64,000 nt of DNA from an uncultured Planctomycetales bacterium (GCA_964612665.1 CAZTCI010000002.1:83659-147658); one strand, 5' to 3'; counted from the stretch's first letter, positions 40,371 to 49,640 are shown. Numbers and translations are program-made. The notes: generated by a model from the sequence alone, not told the origin.

Positions 40371-42036
40371 TCAATCCGATCAGAAGTTTTCTTTTGAAAT
40401 TTCCTTGAGTGTTTTAAACCATTTAGGAAGAAACTTATATCGGAGTTTTGCAACCGTTCTCGGAGAAGCTATTTCTAATTCATGGGATGCTGATGCCAAG
40501 AATGTTTATATTTATATCGATAAGAAAAAGAATAGTTTTTTTATAAAAGATGATGGAATAGGCATGACAGCCGACGATTTTCAGAATAAGTTTCTGAAAA
40601 TTGGGTACTCAAAAAGGCAGCTAGGTAAAAAAGATTCCCCCAAAGGCAGGCCCTACATAGGTAGGAAAGGGATAGGTAAACTGGCTCTCTTGTCGTGCGC
40701 AGAGAAAATTACTGTAATATCGAAGACGAGCGGTGGAGAATATGTCGGAGGTGTTATCGATAATTCCGGCTTAGATAAAGCTATAACCGATGATTTGACG
40801 CCCAAACAATACGCTTTGGGTCAACCAAATCTAAAAGTTTTTGGTCGACATACAAAAAGTCATAATAAAGGTACCATCATTTACTTCGAGGGAATCAAGG
40901 ATGGAATAAAAAATAGTCTAAGTCTTTTAAAGAAAATCGTAGCTTTATATTTTCGGTTTTCTCTTTTGGATCGATCTTTCAATATTTTTATCGAAGGTGA
41001 AAAAATCACCCATGATTGTTTAGACGATCTAGGGGTAAAAACCGAATTTTTATGGAAGATAAATAAAATCCAAGATCCTTATATTCAGAAGCTTCAAGAT
41101 GAGTTCACCCTTAAAGAAAAAAGACAGCTTAATCTAAAAGGAAATATTAAAGGCTTTATTGCTTCTGTCGAAAAACCAAGAGATCTTAAAATAATTACCA
41201 CCGATGAAAGGGTTGGTGTCGACCTTTTTGTGAATGGCAGATTGCGGGAAAGGGATATTTTAAAACATATTCCCACCGCCAGGGTGGTCGAAAGCTATTT
41301 ATACGGCCAAATTCATTTTGATGAATTGGATGATAAAGAAGATCGATTTACCAGTAGTCGGGAAGGCGTGGTCGCCGATGATCCGAAATATAAGAATTTT
41401 CTAGATCAGTTAAGAAGTAAGATCATTGGAGTTATTTTAGAGGATTGGGATAAATGGAGAAGAAAACATAGAGAAGATGGGGATTCCGAAAACCAAGTCA
41501 TTCCTCCAAAAGAGAGAAAGGCCGAAGAGCTATTTAACGAAGTCTCAAAAGATTACTCTCTTCCAAAGGACTCGGCTAATAACAAAAAAGTGGATGGGTG
41601 GGTCAATGCTTTGGGTGAGGATGCCAGATATAATTTTTCGTCTTATGCGGAATGTTTTATCTCCGAGAATTTAATCCGAAGATTTATTCAAGACAATAAG
41701 ATTCCTCTTTCCAAAGAAGCAAAAGAGGAGATCAATAAAATGCAGAAAAAAGAGGCGGAGAGTAAAGGTAAAGGGAATATCAGTATAGAAATCAGAAAAA
41801 TAAAAACAGGTTTAAGTTATTTGTCTATGGATAATCTTGCTGCGTTGGTCGATAAGAAAGACCCTCTTAAGGAGGCCTGTCTTTTGAGAGATGCAAATAA
41901 ATATAAACCAATTAGGGATGCTCTTGCACACACTGCTCTTTTGACAGATGAAGCGAAGCGAAAATTAACTACAGTCTATGACAATATAAAAGGCAGAGTA
42001 ACGACGCTACTGTCTGGTAAGAATAAGAAGCTATGA
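40363..42036 (+). CDS. GHKL-superfamily (MORC/MutL-like, HATPase_c_3) ATPase of unknown effector function, co-operonic with the C5-MTase
   Basis: Bergerat-fold motifs: E35..N39..D42 (GEAISNSWDA), DDGIGM (63-68), GRKGIGK (100-106); start MSNQ overlaps MTase stop by 8 nt; C-terminal ~300 aa uncharacterised. Confidence 0.65.
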   Translation: MSNQSDQKFSFEISLSVLNHLGRNLYRSFATVLGEAISNSWDADAKNVYIYIDKKKNSFFIKDDGIGMTADDFQNKFLKIGYSKRQLGKKDSPKGRPYIGRKGIGKLALLSCAEKITVISKTSGGEYVGGVIDNSGLDKAITDDLTPKQYALGQPNLKVFGRHTKSHNKGTIIYFEGIKDGIKNSLSLLKKIVALYFRFSLLDRSFNIFIEGEKITHDCLDDLGVKTEFLWKINKIQDPYIQKLQDEFTLKEKRQLNLKGNIKGFIASVEKPRDLKIITTDERVGVDLFVNGRLRERDILKHIPTARVVESYLYGQIHFDELDDKEDRFTSSREGVVADDPKYKNFLDQLRSKIIGVILEDWDKWRRKHREDGDSENQVIPPKERKAEELFNEVSKDYSLPKDSANNKKVDGWVNALGEDARYNFSSYAECFISENLIRRFIQDNKIPLSKEAKEEINKMQKKEAESKGKGNISIEIRKIKTGLSYLSMDNLAALVDKKDPLKEACLLRDANKYKPIRDALAHTALLTDEAKRKLTTVYDNIKGRVTTLLSGKNKKL

Positions 42037-42041
42037 GGTCT

Positions 42042-42254
42042 TTATAGTAATTTAGACATTTCGATCTTTAAAGCTTTAGCAATTTTCTGAAGATTTATAA
42101 TTCCAATATTTTTTTCCCCGCGTTCAATTTGTCCCACGTAAGCACGATGTAAATCTGCCTCAAATGCCAGGGCTTCCTGGGTAATCCCTTGTTTCTCTCG
42201 GTACAACCGAATCCGCTTACCTACTTCTTTATTGATATCAGCCAAAGCAAACAC
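42042..42254 (-). CDS. XRE-family HTH transcriptional regulator (controller-like)
   Basis: 70 aa; ITQEALAFEADLHRAYVGQIERGEKN HTH_3 motif; convergent with the GHKL gene, 5-nt gap. Confidence 0.75.
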   Translation of the reverse strand: MFALADINKEVGKRIRLYREKQGITQEALAFEADLHRAYVGQIERGEKNIGIINLQKIAKALKIEMSKLL

Positions 42255-42301
42255 CCTCCATAAGTGCGTAAATATCTTATTGGCGTGCTGCTTATTGGTC
42301 G

Positions 42302-42315
42302 ACTACCTATAGGTA
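42302..42315. promoter_or_regulatory. perfect 14-bp palindrome CTACCTATAGGTAG in the XRE gene upstream region (putative operator)
   Basis: Sits between the XRE gene start (42254) and the divergent small ORF (42372). Confidence 0.45.
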
Positions 42316-42371
42316 GCATTTAATTATTTGTTGTGGTAAGCTGAAATAGCTTAAATAGAGGAAGGGTGGAT

Positions 42372-42542
42372 ATGAAGAGAACTCTCGAGGAAATTTATAC
42401 TAGACTCAAGGCACCCGCCGTTGTGCTTGAGAAAGCAGTCGAAGATAAGACTTTACCGAAAGTTTTTGTAAAGGCTGCTTTGGAAGAGTTGAAAAAGGCC
42501 CAGTCGCTCACAAAGAAATTAAAATCTATGATGAAGACTTAA
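42372..42542 (+). CDS. 56-aa hypothetical ORF divergent from the XRE regulator
   Basis: MKRTLEEIYTRLKAPAVVLEKAVEDKTLPKVFVKAALEELKKAQSLTKKLKSMMKT; RBS gaggaagggtgg; below the ORF-track size cutoff. Confidence 0.2.
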   Translation: MKRTLEEIYTRLKAPAVVLEKAVEDKTLPKVFVKAALEELKKAQSLTKKLKSMMKT

Positions 42543-42547
42543 ATTGC

Positions 42548-42919
42548 TTAAAGTTCCATAAGTCGATCAATGGTTTCTTGGCGCGATTTGGGAGAATTTA
42601 GAGCGGCTATTTTTAGAAGGGTTTTACCGGTGAAACGTTTTAGCATTTTAGAATCTTGGCAATCACGCATTTTGGCAAGAAAATTTGGCGGTAAATTATC
42701 GGCGATTTTCATTAATTGGGATATGCGGGGCCGTGAGACCTTAAAATGACGGCTGGCATGGAGGTAAGATCTAGTGGGGTCTTCAGCTAAGAATTGTTGA
42801 ACTTTAAGGGATTGTTTGATAATATTTCTGTAATTAGGTTCAGGAGGCGGTTGATCCACAGGCAGCGGCTCCCAGAAATTGATTCGAATACTTCGCCCCC
42901 GACGTTTATAAATTTTCAC
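42548..42919 (-). CDS. small ParB/KorB-like HTH DNA-binding protein
   Basis: VSRPRISQLMKIADNLPPNFLAKM resembles the ParB HTH box (SRSHVSNLLRLL...). Confidence 0.35.
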   Translation of the reverse strand: MKIYKRRGRSIRINFWEPLPVDQPPPEPNYRNIIKQSLKVQQFLAEDPTRSYLHASRHFKVSRPRISQLMKIADNLPPNFLAKMRDCQDSKMLKRFTGKTLLKIAALNSPKSRQETIDRLMEL

Positions 42920-42975
42920 AAGTAATTGACATACTTGGGGTTGTGAGTTTAGCTTGCCGTCCGTCCTGGGGAGTT

Positions 42976-43028
42976 TTTACTAAAACCCGTTGCCTGCAAA
43001 CAGAATTAGCAACGGGTTTTATTTTTTA
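42976..43028. terminator. hairpin terminator (AAAACCCGTTGC...GCAACGGGTTTT + T-tract)
   Basis: Perfect 12-bp stem, followed by attttttaaaa on + and preceded by an A-tract; downstream of the minus-strand gene 43043..43906. Confidence 0.5.
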
Positions 43029-43042
43029 AAATAGCGAATATT

Positions 43043-43906
43043 TTATTTCCAGTAACTTCCCAACTTCTCATCCCAAATTGCCGGAACAAACTTGCCCAAT
43101 CCCGCCTCAGGATAATTGGTTAACTCGCCGAACACAATCCGGCCTTCAATGTTATATAGATCAACCCTTATAAAATCTGTTCCTTCAGACAAATTTTTTA
43201 CAATTTCTATCATGTTATTGAAATTAATGGGAGGGTTAATGCGGTCTGGAAAGTTTTCATAAACAAATTTGACCGGCAATAAGGATAAATTGATATCATA
43301 AAAATTCCGTCGATGATTTGTAAATCTTCCTTTGTCAATCTGCACGAATTGTGGATCGCCTTTGAAACAGAAAAATTTGTAATCGTCCGGAACAGCATTA
43401 TTAGACTCAAGCAATTCCTCAAACATGAGCACGGGCCTGATATTCTTATACGCCCACTCATTCTCAAAATCGCAATAATTTCTTCTTAACCAATCATCAC
43501 CCAGCTTGATTAATTCTTCAATGGATTCGTCTTTTAAGTCTTTAACGATCTTAATGACACCTGAAAGGTGATTCGGCTTCATGACAAATTTATTGGCCAA
43601 GAGAAGAGTGGGAATTTTTTCTGCGTCATCCGTAACAGCGTAAAGTTTAGTCAAAATTTCAGAGCCGCATTTCTGCTCGACAAAGCGCCTCACAAGATAT
43701 TTATCGGCAAACATTGTCAGCTTAGGGTTCCGGTCAAACAGCATTTTGAAAATCAAACGCTCGTTGAAAGTTTTTGGTTTTATTAAATTAGGAAATTTTC
43801 CAAAACGGTAACGGAATTCATTCAATGTTCTAAATTGAGGAGAGGTATTGTGTAAAAACTGAACGATGGGTTTGAAAGGATTTCTAAAGATTTTCTTTTC
43901 GGACAT
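43043..43906 (-). CDS. TupA-like ATP-grasp protein (cell-surface polysaccharide/teichuronic-acid-type biosynthesis)
   Basis: 287 aa, KPNHLSG motif, size and pattern of ATPgrasp_TupA. Confidence 0.45.
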   Translation of the reverse strand: MSEKKIFRNPFKPIVQFLHNTSPQFRTLNEFRYRFGKFPNLIKPKTFNERLIFKMLFDRNPKLTMFADKYLVRRFVEQKCGSEILTKLYAVTDDAEKIPTLLLANKFVMKPNHLSGVIKIVKDLKDESIEELIKLGDDWLRRNYCDFENEWAYKNIRPVLMFEELLESNNAVPDDYKFFCFKGDPQFVQIDKGRFTNHRRNFYDINLSLLPVKFVYENFPDRINPPINFNNMIEIVKNLSEGTDFIRVDLYNIEGRIVFGELTNYPEAGLGKFVPAIWDEKLGSYWK

Positions 43907-44067
43907 AAAATTATTGTAAAGAAAGAGGAGTGTGATCGATTTCTATAGAAAATAATCATAAAGTCATAAAAGTCAGCTGTAAACAAATAAATAAGGTGGG
44001 TTTTTTATTTTATGGTATACTCTCAGCCTATCGTAAAGGATAGCTATATATTGTCTTCCAACATAGC

Positions 44068-44547
44068 TTGAACTTAACTTATTTGCGGTTAATTTGTATG
44101 AATAAAAAGACAAAAAAGATTGAAAATCGTCCTTGGATGAATATCTTAACGCCTTGGGCAAGCGCGTTTTTATTTCTTTTAATTTATTATTCTTTTATCC
44201 AATTTCCTATGGAACGTTCTTTTATCAAAGGTCTCAATTACCTCAATCAAAATAAAGCCCTTGAAGCTTCCCAAGAATTCAAAAAAGTCATCCGCGTCTT
44301 TCCAAAATACGAACCCGTCTATCTGAACGTCGCCAATTACTTCTTACAAAATGGACATTTAAAACAATCCATGTCTTATTGGGAATATTCCCGACGGATT
44401 TGTCTCTTAACCGCCGAAATATTCACCGAGCGCGGATTGGTTTATTCCAAATATAGATTGCACCTTGATGATGGCATTGTTTTCTACAATGACCATGTGC
44501 AGAAGTATTATCTTTCCAAACTATTTCCCAGTGATGAAAAAGAATAA
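44068..44547 (+). CDS. membrane-anchored TPR-like hypothetical protein
   Basis: TM segment then helical-repeat-like region. Confidence 0.25.
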   Translation: MNLTYLRLICMNKKTKKIENRPWMNILTPWASAFLFLLIYYSFIQFPMERSFIKGLNYLNQNKALEASQEFKKVIRVFPKYEPVYLNVANYFLQNGHLKQSMSYWEYSRRICLLTAEIFTERGLVYSKYRLHLDDGIVFYNDHVQKYYLSKLFPSDEKE

Positions 44548-45655
44548 TTCCACAGGTCGAATGCTTGAACTAGATGCGATGCGTGGTCTTTCGGCGATCA
44601 GCGTTTTATTATTCCATTACACAACTTTTTATGGCATTGTATTTTCTTCCAATGGCAATCCGCTTTTTCATTTTCCGTGGATCCCGTATCGGCTGCAGCT
44701 TTTTTCCTTATTGAGTGGATTTGTTATTTTGATGATCATTGAAAAGACCGACAGGCCTTTGGACTTTATTGTCGCTCGGGTTTCAAGATTGTATCCCTGT
44801 TATTTTGTGGCCGTCATTTTAATCACATCATTGTTAATGCTGTTTCCGTTAAACACGGATTTCCCTTTGCCAGGGAAAGGGGAGATGACCTGGCCGGTCT
44901 TTTTAGTCAATCTCACCATGTTCCAATCTTGGTTCAGCTGTAAAGATGTCGATGGTGTTTTTTGGTTCTTAGCGCCGGAGATTTCCTTTTATCTAATCAT
45001 TTTGTTTCTTTTTACAATAAAAAAACTAAAATATATAGAAGGTATGGGCCTCTTTGGGCTGGCTTTGGTTGTCTTTAATGCCCGGTTTGGAAGTCTGGGA
45101 CCAATCGATGATCTTTCCGGTATCATTGTCAACTCAAGAATACTATGTTTTTGGCAATATTTTTATGCCGGAATTTTGTTTTATAATTTGAAAACAAAAG
45201 GAGATGCATGGTGGAGACACGCGGGATTAGCGTTGTGTTTCGTGGTTCAAAATGTGATATCAGATAATTTTGTTGGTGTCTTTTGTTTTGGCGTATGCCT
45301 TCTGATGTTTTATCTTTTTATCTATGGTAAATTATCTTGGATTGCTCAAAAACCTTTGCTCTTTTTGGGAACGATTTCTTACAGCTTGTATCTTGTCCAT
45401 CAGAATATCGGCTATATGATGATTAAATATCTAGACCAGCTCGGCGTGTCGACTTGGTTTCGTTTCATTATACCAACCACGATCTCCATTCTTATTGCCA
45501 CCGCCATGACCTATTGGGTTGAGAAGCCGGGATTAAAATTTATTAGAACTAAATATAAAGAATGGAAAAAACACCATCAGTATATCATCATAAAAAACCC
45601 ATTCGCGAAACTTCGTCCATTAACGGCTATGATTACCAAAAAACCCTCTGCTTAA
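44534..45655 (+). CDS. acyltransferase family 3 (OatA/OafA-like) membrane O-acyltransferase
   Basis: ~10 TM; N-terminal LELDAMRGLSAISVLLFH motif. Confidence 0.7.
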   Translation: MKKNNSTGRMLELDAMRGLSAISVLLFHYTTFYGIVFSSNGNPLFHFPWIPYRLQLFSLLSGFVILMIIEKTDRPLDFIVARVSRLYPCYFVAVILITSLLMLFPLNTDFPLPGKGEMTWPVFLVNLTMFQSWFSCKDVDGVFWFLAPEISFYLIILFLFTIKKLKYIEGMGLFGLALVVFNARFGSLGPIDDLSGIIVNSRILCFWQYFYAGILFYNLKTKGDAWWRHAGLALCFVVQNVISDNFVGVFCFGVCLLMFYLFIYGKLSWIAQKPLLFLGTISYSLYLVHQNIGYMMIKYLDQLGVSTWFRFIIPTTISILIATAMTYWVEKPGLKFIRTKYKEWKKHHQYIIIKNPFAKLRPLTAMITKKPSA

Positions 45656-45688
45656 AAATGAGCAAAGGGTTTTTGATAGTATCAACTT

Positions 45689-46010
45689 TTAGAATTTAAA
45701 TGAAATATCCACCGACGCTGCACGCTCATCCACCAACCGCGCTTGAAGATTGATGGAAACAACATTGTTGGGGACAAGAATCAGCCCAAAGAATGGCCCT
45801 GCTTTTTTATCATTTTCAACATCATTGAGAAAGTATCTTGTTCCGCCGGAGGTCACGTCGTCTTTTAGACGGATATCTGAATATTTTCCACCCACATAAG
45901 GGATCACATACCGCATTTTATAAGCCAGTCCAACAGCCGCTTGCCATTCCTGCCATTGGGGGTCGTGATTGCTGGCAAATCCCGGAGTTGAGCCGTTGAT
46001 CGAACTTTGT
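45689..46010 (-). pseudogene. C-terminal fragment of an outer-membrane beta-barrel protein (truncated)
   Basis: Frame open from just after a TGA at ~46010 to 45689; ends ...VDISFKF (C-terminal aromatic); upstream frame is broken. Confidence 0.3.
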
Positions 46011-46164
46011 CATATTTGGCATCGTTCTTACGGCGGTATTTTACGTCAGTAAATAAAGTAATGCCGCTGAATACTGTTATTCTTTAAGTTTACAGAATTT
46101 CAATTTTATTTGACCGTTGAAACGGTGAATATTACTATGGGATTCGTTTTATTTACATTATCTT

Positions 46165-47181
46165 TTGAATATCTCTAATTTATCCCCAAAGATGTCCAAA
46201 AAATTTCTAAAACCAAAAGGATTTGTCACGCCTGAAAAAGAACAATATCACGCTGAGATTTTAGCCAATCGCATCCGCAAACGATGCACCCATCTTTCAA
46301 AACGCTTTAAACGCCAGAACATCGACTGTTTTCGTTTGTATGACTGGGATATTAAGGAAGTCCGGGCCGTTGTGGATTGGTACGCCGGGCATATTGTGAT
46401 CGCCGAATATGTGCGGCTTCAAACCAGTCCGCAATGGTTGCCGCAAATGGCGAAGGCCGTCGGCGAAGCGTTAGGCGTTCCAGCAAATCAAATTCATATA
46501 AAACGCCGTCAAACCAAAACAGAAGAAGGGCCGCGGTATCAAAAGTTGAATAATACTGGAGAGCGTCTCAAAGTCCGCGAACGCGATTTGTATTTCTGGG
46601 TCAACTTAGATGATTATATTGATACGGGATTATTTTCCGACCACCGTGACACGCGCGTTATTGTAAGAAAACTTGCCGCTGACAAAGATTTCCTCAATCT
46701 GTTTGCTTACACAGGTGCTTTTACCTGTGCCGCGGCGGCGGGAGGCGCCCGTACGACGGTAAGTGTCGACCGTTCTGAAACCTATCTTGACTGGGCCGAG
46801 GATAATCTTAAGTTAAACGGATTCTGGAATTCGCAGCATACGTTAGTTCAATCCAATGTTATGAAATATTTAGACCAGGCGCATCGGGAAGGACAGCGCT
46901 TTACGCTCGCATTCATTGATCCACCGTCGTTTTTTCAAGATCAAACAAAAGGCATTGGCTTTGATATTGACCGCGATCATCCGGAATTAATTTTAAAAGT
47001 TTTAAAACTGATGGCGCCCGGATCGACGGTATTCTTTTCAACAAATCATCAGCGCTTTACGCCGCGCCTTAACAATCTTCCGGTTCTAGATCTCAAAGAA
47101 ATTACCCCCGGCACAATTCCTGAAGACTACCGCAATTGTAACATTCACCGCTGCTGGCGTATGACTGTTCGCAATAGTTAA
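46165..47181 (+). CDS. class I SAM-dependent rRNA methyltransferase (RlmI/RlmK-like)
   Basis: FAYTGAFTCAAAAGGA (SAM motif I), DPPSF motif IV. Confidence 0.6.
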   Translation: MNISNLSPKMSKKFLKPKGFVTPEKEQYHAEILANRIRKRCTHLSKRFKRQNIDCFRLYDWDIKEVRAVVDWYAGHIVIAEYVRLQTSPQWLPQMAKAVGEALGVPANQIHIKRRQTKTEEGPRYQKLNNTGERLKVRERDLYFWVNLDDYIDTGLFSDHRDTRVIVRKLAADKDFLNLFAYTGAFTCAAAAGGARTTVSVDRSETYLDWAEDNLKLNGFWNSQHTLVQSNVMKYLDQAHREGQRFTLAFIDPPSFFQDQTKGIGFDIDRDHPELILKVLKLMAPGSTVFFSTNHQRFTPRLNNLPVLDLKEITPGTIPEDYRNCNIHRCWRMTVRNS

Positions 47182-47415
47182 TTTAACAAATTATTTTTAT
47201 GCAAAACATTTTTTTACATCGTGTTTCATTCTTTGGCCTTACTTGTAATTTTATTTGTTATTTATTAGTGGACCCGCAAGTCGTTGAGAAAAGATTGATG
47301 TTGTTCGCCAATTTTTATATACCGTAAAAATATCATTGTCTGATTGTCTAAAGGAAAAAGCGATGTTATATTGACACTCAAAAGCAATCGTTTAACTTTA
47401 TTAGGGAAAAACCAT

Positions 47416-48198
47416 ATGATTAAAAATATTCTGCTGGCTGAAGATGACCGGGTCACGGCGAAGTTAGTCAAAATTCAATTAGAACAGCGAGGTTATCATA
47501 TTTATACGGCGGAAAATGGCATTCAAGCATTAAAGATTTTGGGTTCAAGTCCGGTGGATTTGATTATCACTGACGTGGTCATGCCCGAAATGGACGGCGT
47601 TGATTTATATGCCAGGGTTAAAAAAAATCCGGCAACCGCCAAAATTCCGGTCATCATCGTGACTGATAAAGAAATTTTTAAAGAGTCTTTTTCATCATTG
47701 GGCGTAAGTCATTTTGTTGAGAAATCCACAGACATCACTACTTTAATCGAGAAAATCAAGGCTGTAGCTCAAGCCGCGAATGAAGTAAAGGAATACCACA
47801 AAGTTTTGATAAGCGGAATTCACCGTACGGTATTAGAGGACATGAGCAGAAGTTTGCAAGAACGCGGTTGCTTGGTGACGATGGTCAATAGTTCTGCTGA
47901 TATTCTCTCGTCGGTATTTTCGATGGTGCCGCATATTATTATTCTGGATTTAGTATTGCGCGACAACGCCTTTCCACATGAAATCGTCCGCGCCCTTCGC
48001 GCGTTTAATTTTCTTAAAAGAACAAGAATTTATACTTATCTTTATCTTCCTCCTGATCAACTTGAAGGAGGGGGAGTCAATTTACAACTGGTCGAACACG
48101 ATCTTCAAAGCTGCCGAGATGCCGGTATGGATGATTACTTAGGCCAGTTCAGCCGGCAAGCTTTTGTGCAAAAGCTTAATGAGTTGGGGATTAAATAA
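47416..48198 (+). CDS. response regulator with CheY-like receiver domain plus a second degenerate receiver-like domain
   Basis: LLAEDD...D...TDVVMPEMDG...K receiver motifs. Confidence 0.65.
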   Translation: MIKNILLAEDDRVTAKLVKIQLEQRGYHIYTAENGIQALKILGSSPVDLIITDVVMPEMDGVDLYARVKKNPATAKIPVIIVTDKEIFKESFSSLGVSHFVEKSTDITTLIEKIKAVAQAANEVKEYHKVLISGIHRTVLEDMSRSLQERGCLVTMVNSSADILSSVFSMVPHIIILDLVLRDNAFPHEIVRALRAFNFLKRTRIYTYLYLPPDQLEGGGVNLQLVEHDLQSCRDAGMDDYLGQFSRQAFVQKLNELGIK

Positions 48199-48346
48199 CT
48201 TTTATAAGAATGATGGCTTTGACGAACTCCTCTGAAATTCTTCAGAGGAGTTTTTCTTTCTTGAAGTCTGTGGACACCAGATTCACGACGTAATATACTG
48301 CGATTAGAATTAGAGGTAAATTTTTGTGGGCATATTAAGGAAAGGT

Positions 48347-49624
48347 ATGAAAAAACAGAAAAAAATAGTTTTGTTTGGAATTTTATTGGTGGCTTTTTTT
48401 ATTTTAATGCCAAATGTATGGGCGCAGATGCCAGCCGTCAATGAAATCCAAGGATTGGTTAGAGTCACAGATCTTGATCCTAATATTGTTGTTGATTTAA
48501 GGTATGCAACTAATAACAATTTCACTCACCAACAAGTTTATCCCACCGCCGTTTGTTTGCTGCGTAAAGAAACCGCTCAAAAATTGGCCGAAGCCAACGC
48601 CGAATTCATGAAAGATGGTTACCGCATTAAAATTTGGGACGCGTATCGGCCGCCGTCAGTTCAAGAAATTCTTTGGAACATTATGCCGGATGAACGGTAT
48701 GTGGCGCCGCCCAGTAAAGGCGGTTCTCGCCATAATCGCGGCGGTGCGGTTGACATGACCCTCGTTGATGCCCAAGGCCGGGAATTGGAAATGCCGACGG
48801 GTTTTGATGATTTTACACCCAAGGCCGCACCTAGCAGCAAAGTAATGTCTCGAAAAGCGCGCAAAAATGTCGATTATTTAAACGGCATTATGAGCAAGCA
48901 TGGATTTAAACAATATGAAAATGAGTGGTGGCATTTTGATGACGTTGACTGGCGTTCCTATCCGTTGGTGGATGTGCCTTTTGAAAAATTTACCGCAGCG
49001 GCGCCTTCGCAGCCGTCAAGCGCTGTGCCTGGCGTTTTATTTAATTTGAATAAAGATGTTCATCAGGCGCTGGTCGTTGAAGAAATTTTGCCTGGAAGTT
49101 CGCACGCTCAACTCACGGCATGGGAATGGAATGGCGGACAGTGGCAGAAAGCATTCCCCGCGATGAACGCTATGTTAGGTAACAACGGATTGGTGGCCAA
49201 GGGTGAAAAAATCGAAGGCGATGGAAAAACACCGTCGGGAATTTTTAAGTTGGGTACAGCTTTTGGTTATGCGCTTACAGTGCCGACCAAGTTAGGCTAC
49301 CGTCAAGTAACGGACAAAGACGTCTGGGTTGATGATCCGGATTCTCCTCAATATAATCAATGGGTGAGCGACACGCCGCAAGCTAAATCATTTGAAAAGA
49401 TGAAACGCGACGATGATCTTTATAAATACGGTGTTGTCATTGAATACAATACCGACCCGATTGTTTTAGGTAAGGGAAGCGCGATTTTCTTGCATGTCTG
49501 GCGCAACGGCGACAGTCCAACCTCAGGGTGTGTCGCACTCGCTGAAGAGAATGTTCAAAGAATTTTGTCGTGGCTGGATCAAAGCGCAAAGCCGGTGATT
49601 ATTTTAGGGACGGATATAAGATAA
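48347..49624 (+). CDS. secreted D-Ala-D-Ala dipeptidase (M15D, VanX/DdpX-like) fused to an L,D-transpeptidase (YkuD) domain
   Basis: Signal peptide; M15D motifs (YRPPSVQ, SRHNRGGAVD, EWWHFD); C-terminal HVWRNGDSPTSGCVAL (LDT His/Cys). Confidence 0.7.
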   Translation: MKKQKKIVLFGILLVAFFILMPNVWAQMPAVNEIQGLVRVTDLDPNIVVDLRYATNNNFTHQQVYPTAVCLLRKETAQKLAEANAEFMKDGYRIKIWDAYRPPSVQEILWNIMPDERYVAPPSKGGSRHNRGGAVDMTLVDAQGRELEMPTGFDDFTPKAAPSSKVMSRKARKNVDYLNGIMSKHGFKQYENEWWHFDDVDWRSYPLVDVPFEKFTAAAPSQPSSAVPGVLFNLNKDVHQALVVEEILPGSSHAQLTAWEWNGGQWQKAFPAMNAMLGNNGLVAKGEKIEGDGKTPSGIFKLGTAFGYALTVPTKLGYRQVTDKDVWVDDPDSPQYNQWVSDTPQAKSFEKMKRDDDLYKYGVVIEYNTDPIVLGKGSAIFLHVWRNGDSPTSGCVALAEENVQRILSWLDQSAKPVIILGTDIR

Positions 49625-49640
49625 CGAAAGATAGACAGAG

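Noticed and set aside
42920-42975. Promoter-like ttgacatacttggggttgtgagtttagcttg next to the ParB-like gene
   Set aside because: A TTGACA hexamer is present but there is no acceptable -10 at 16-18 nt spacing on the relevant (minus) strand.
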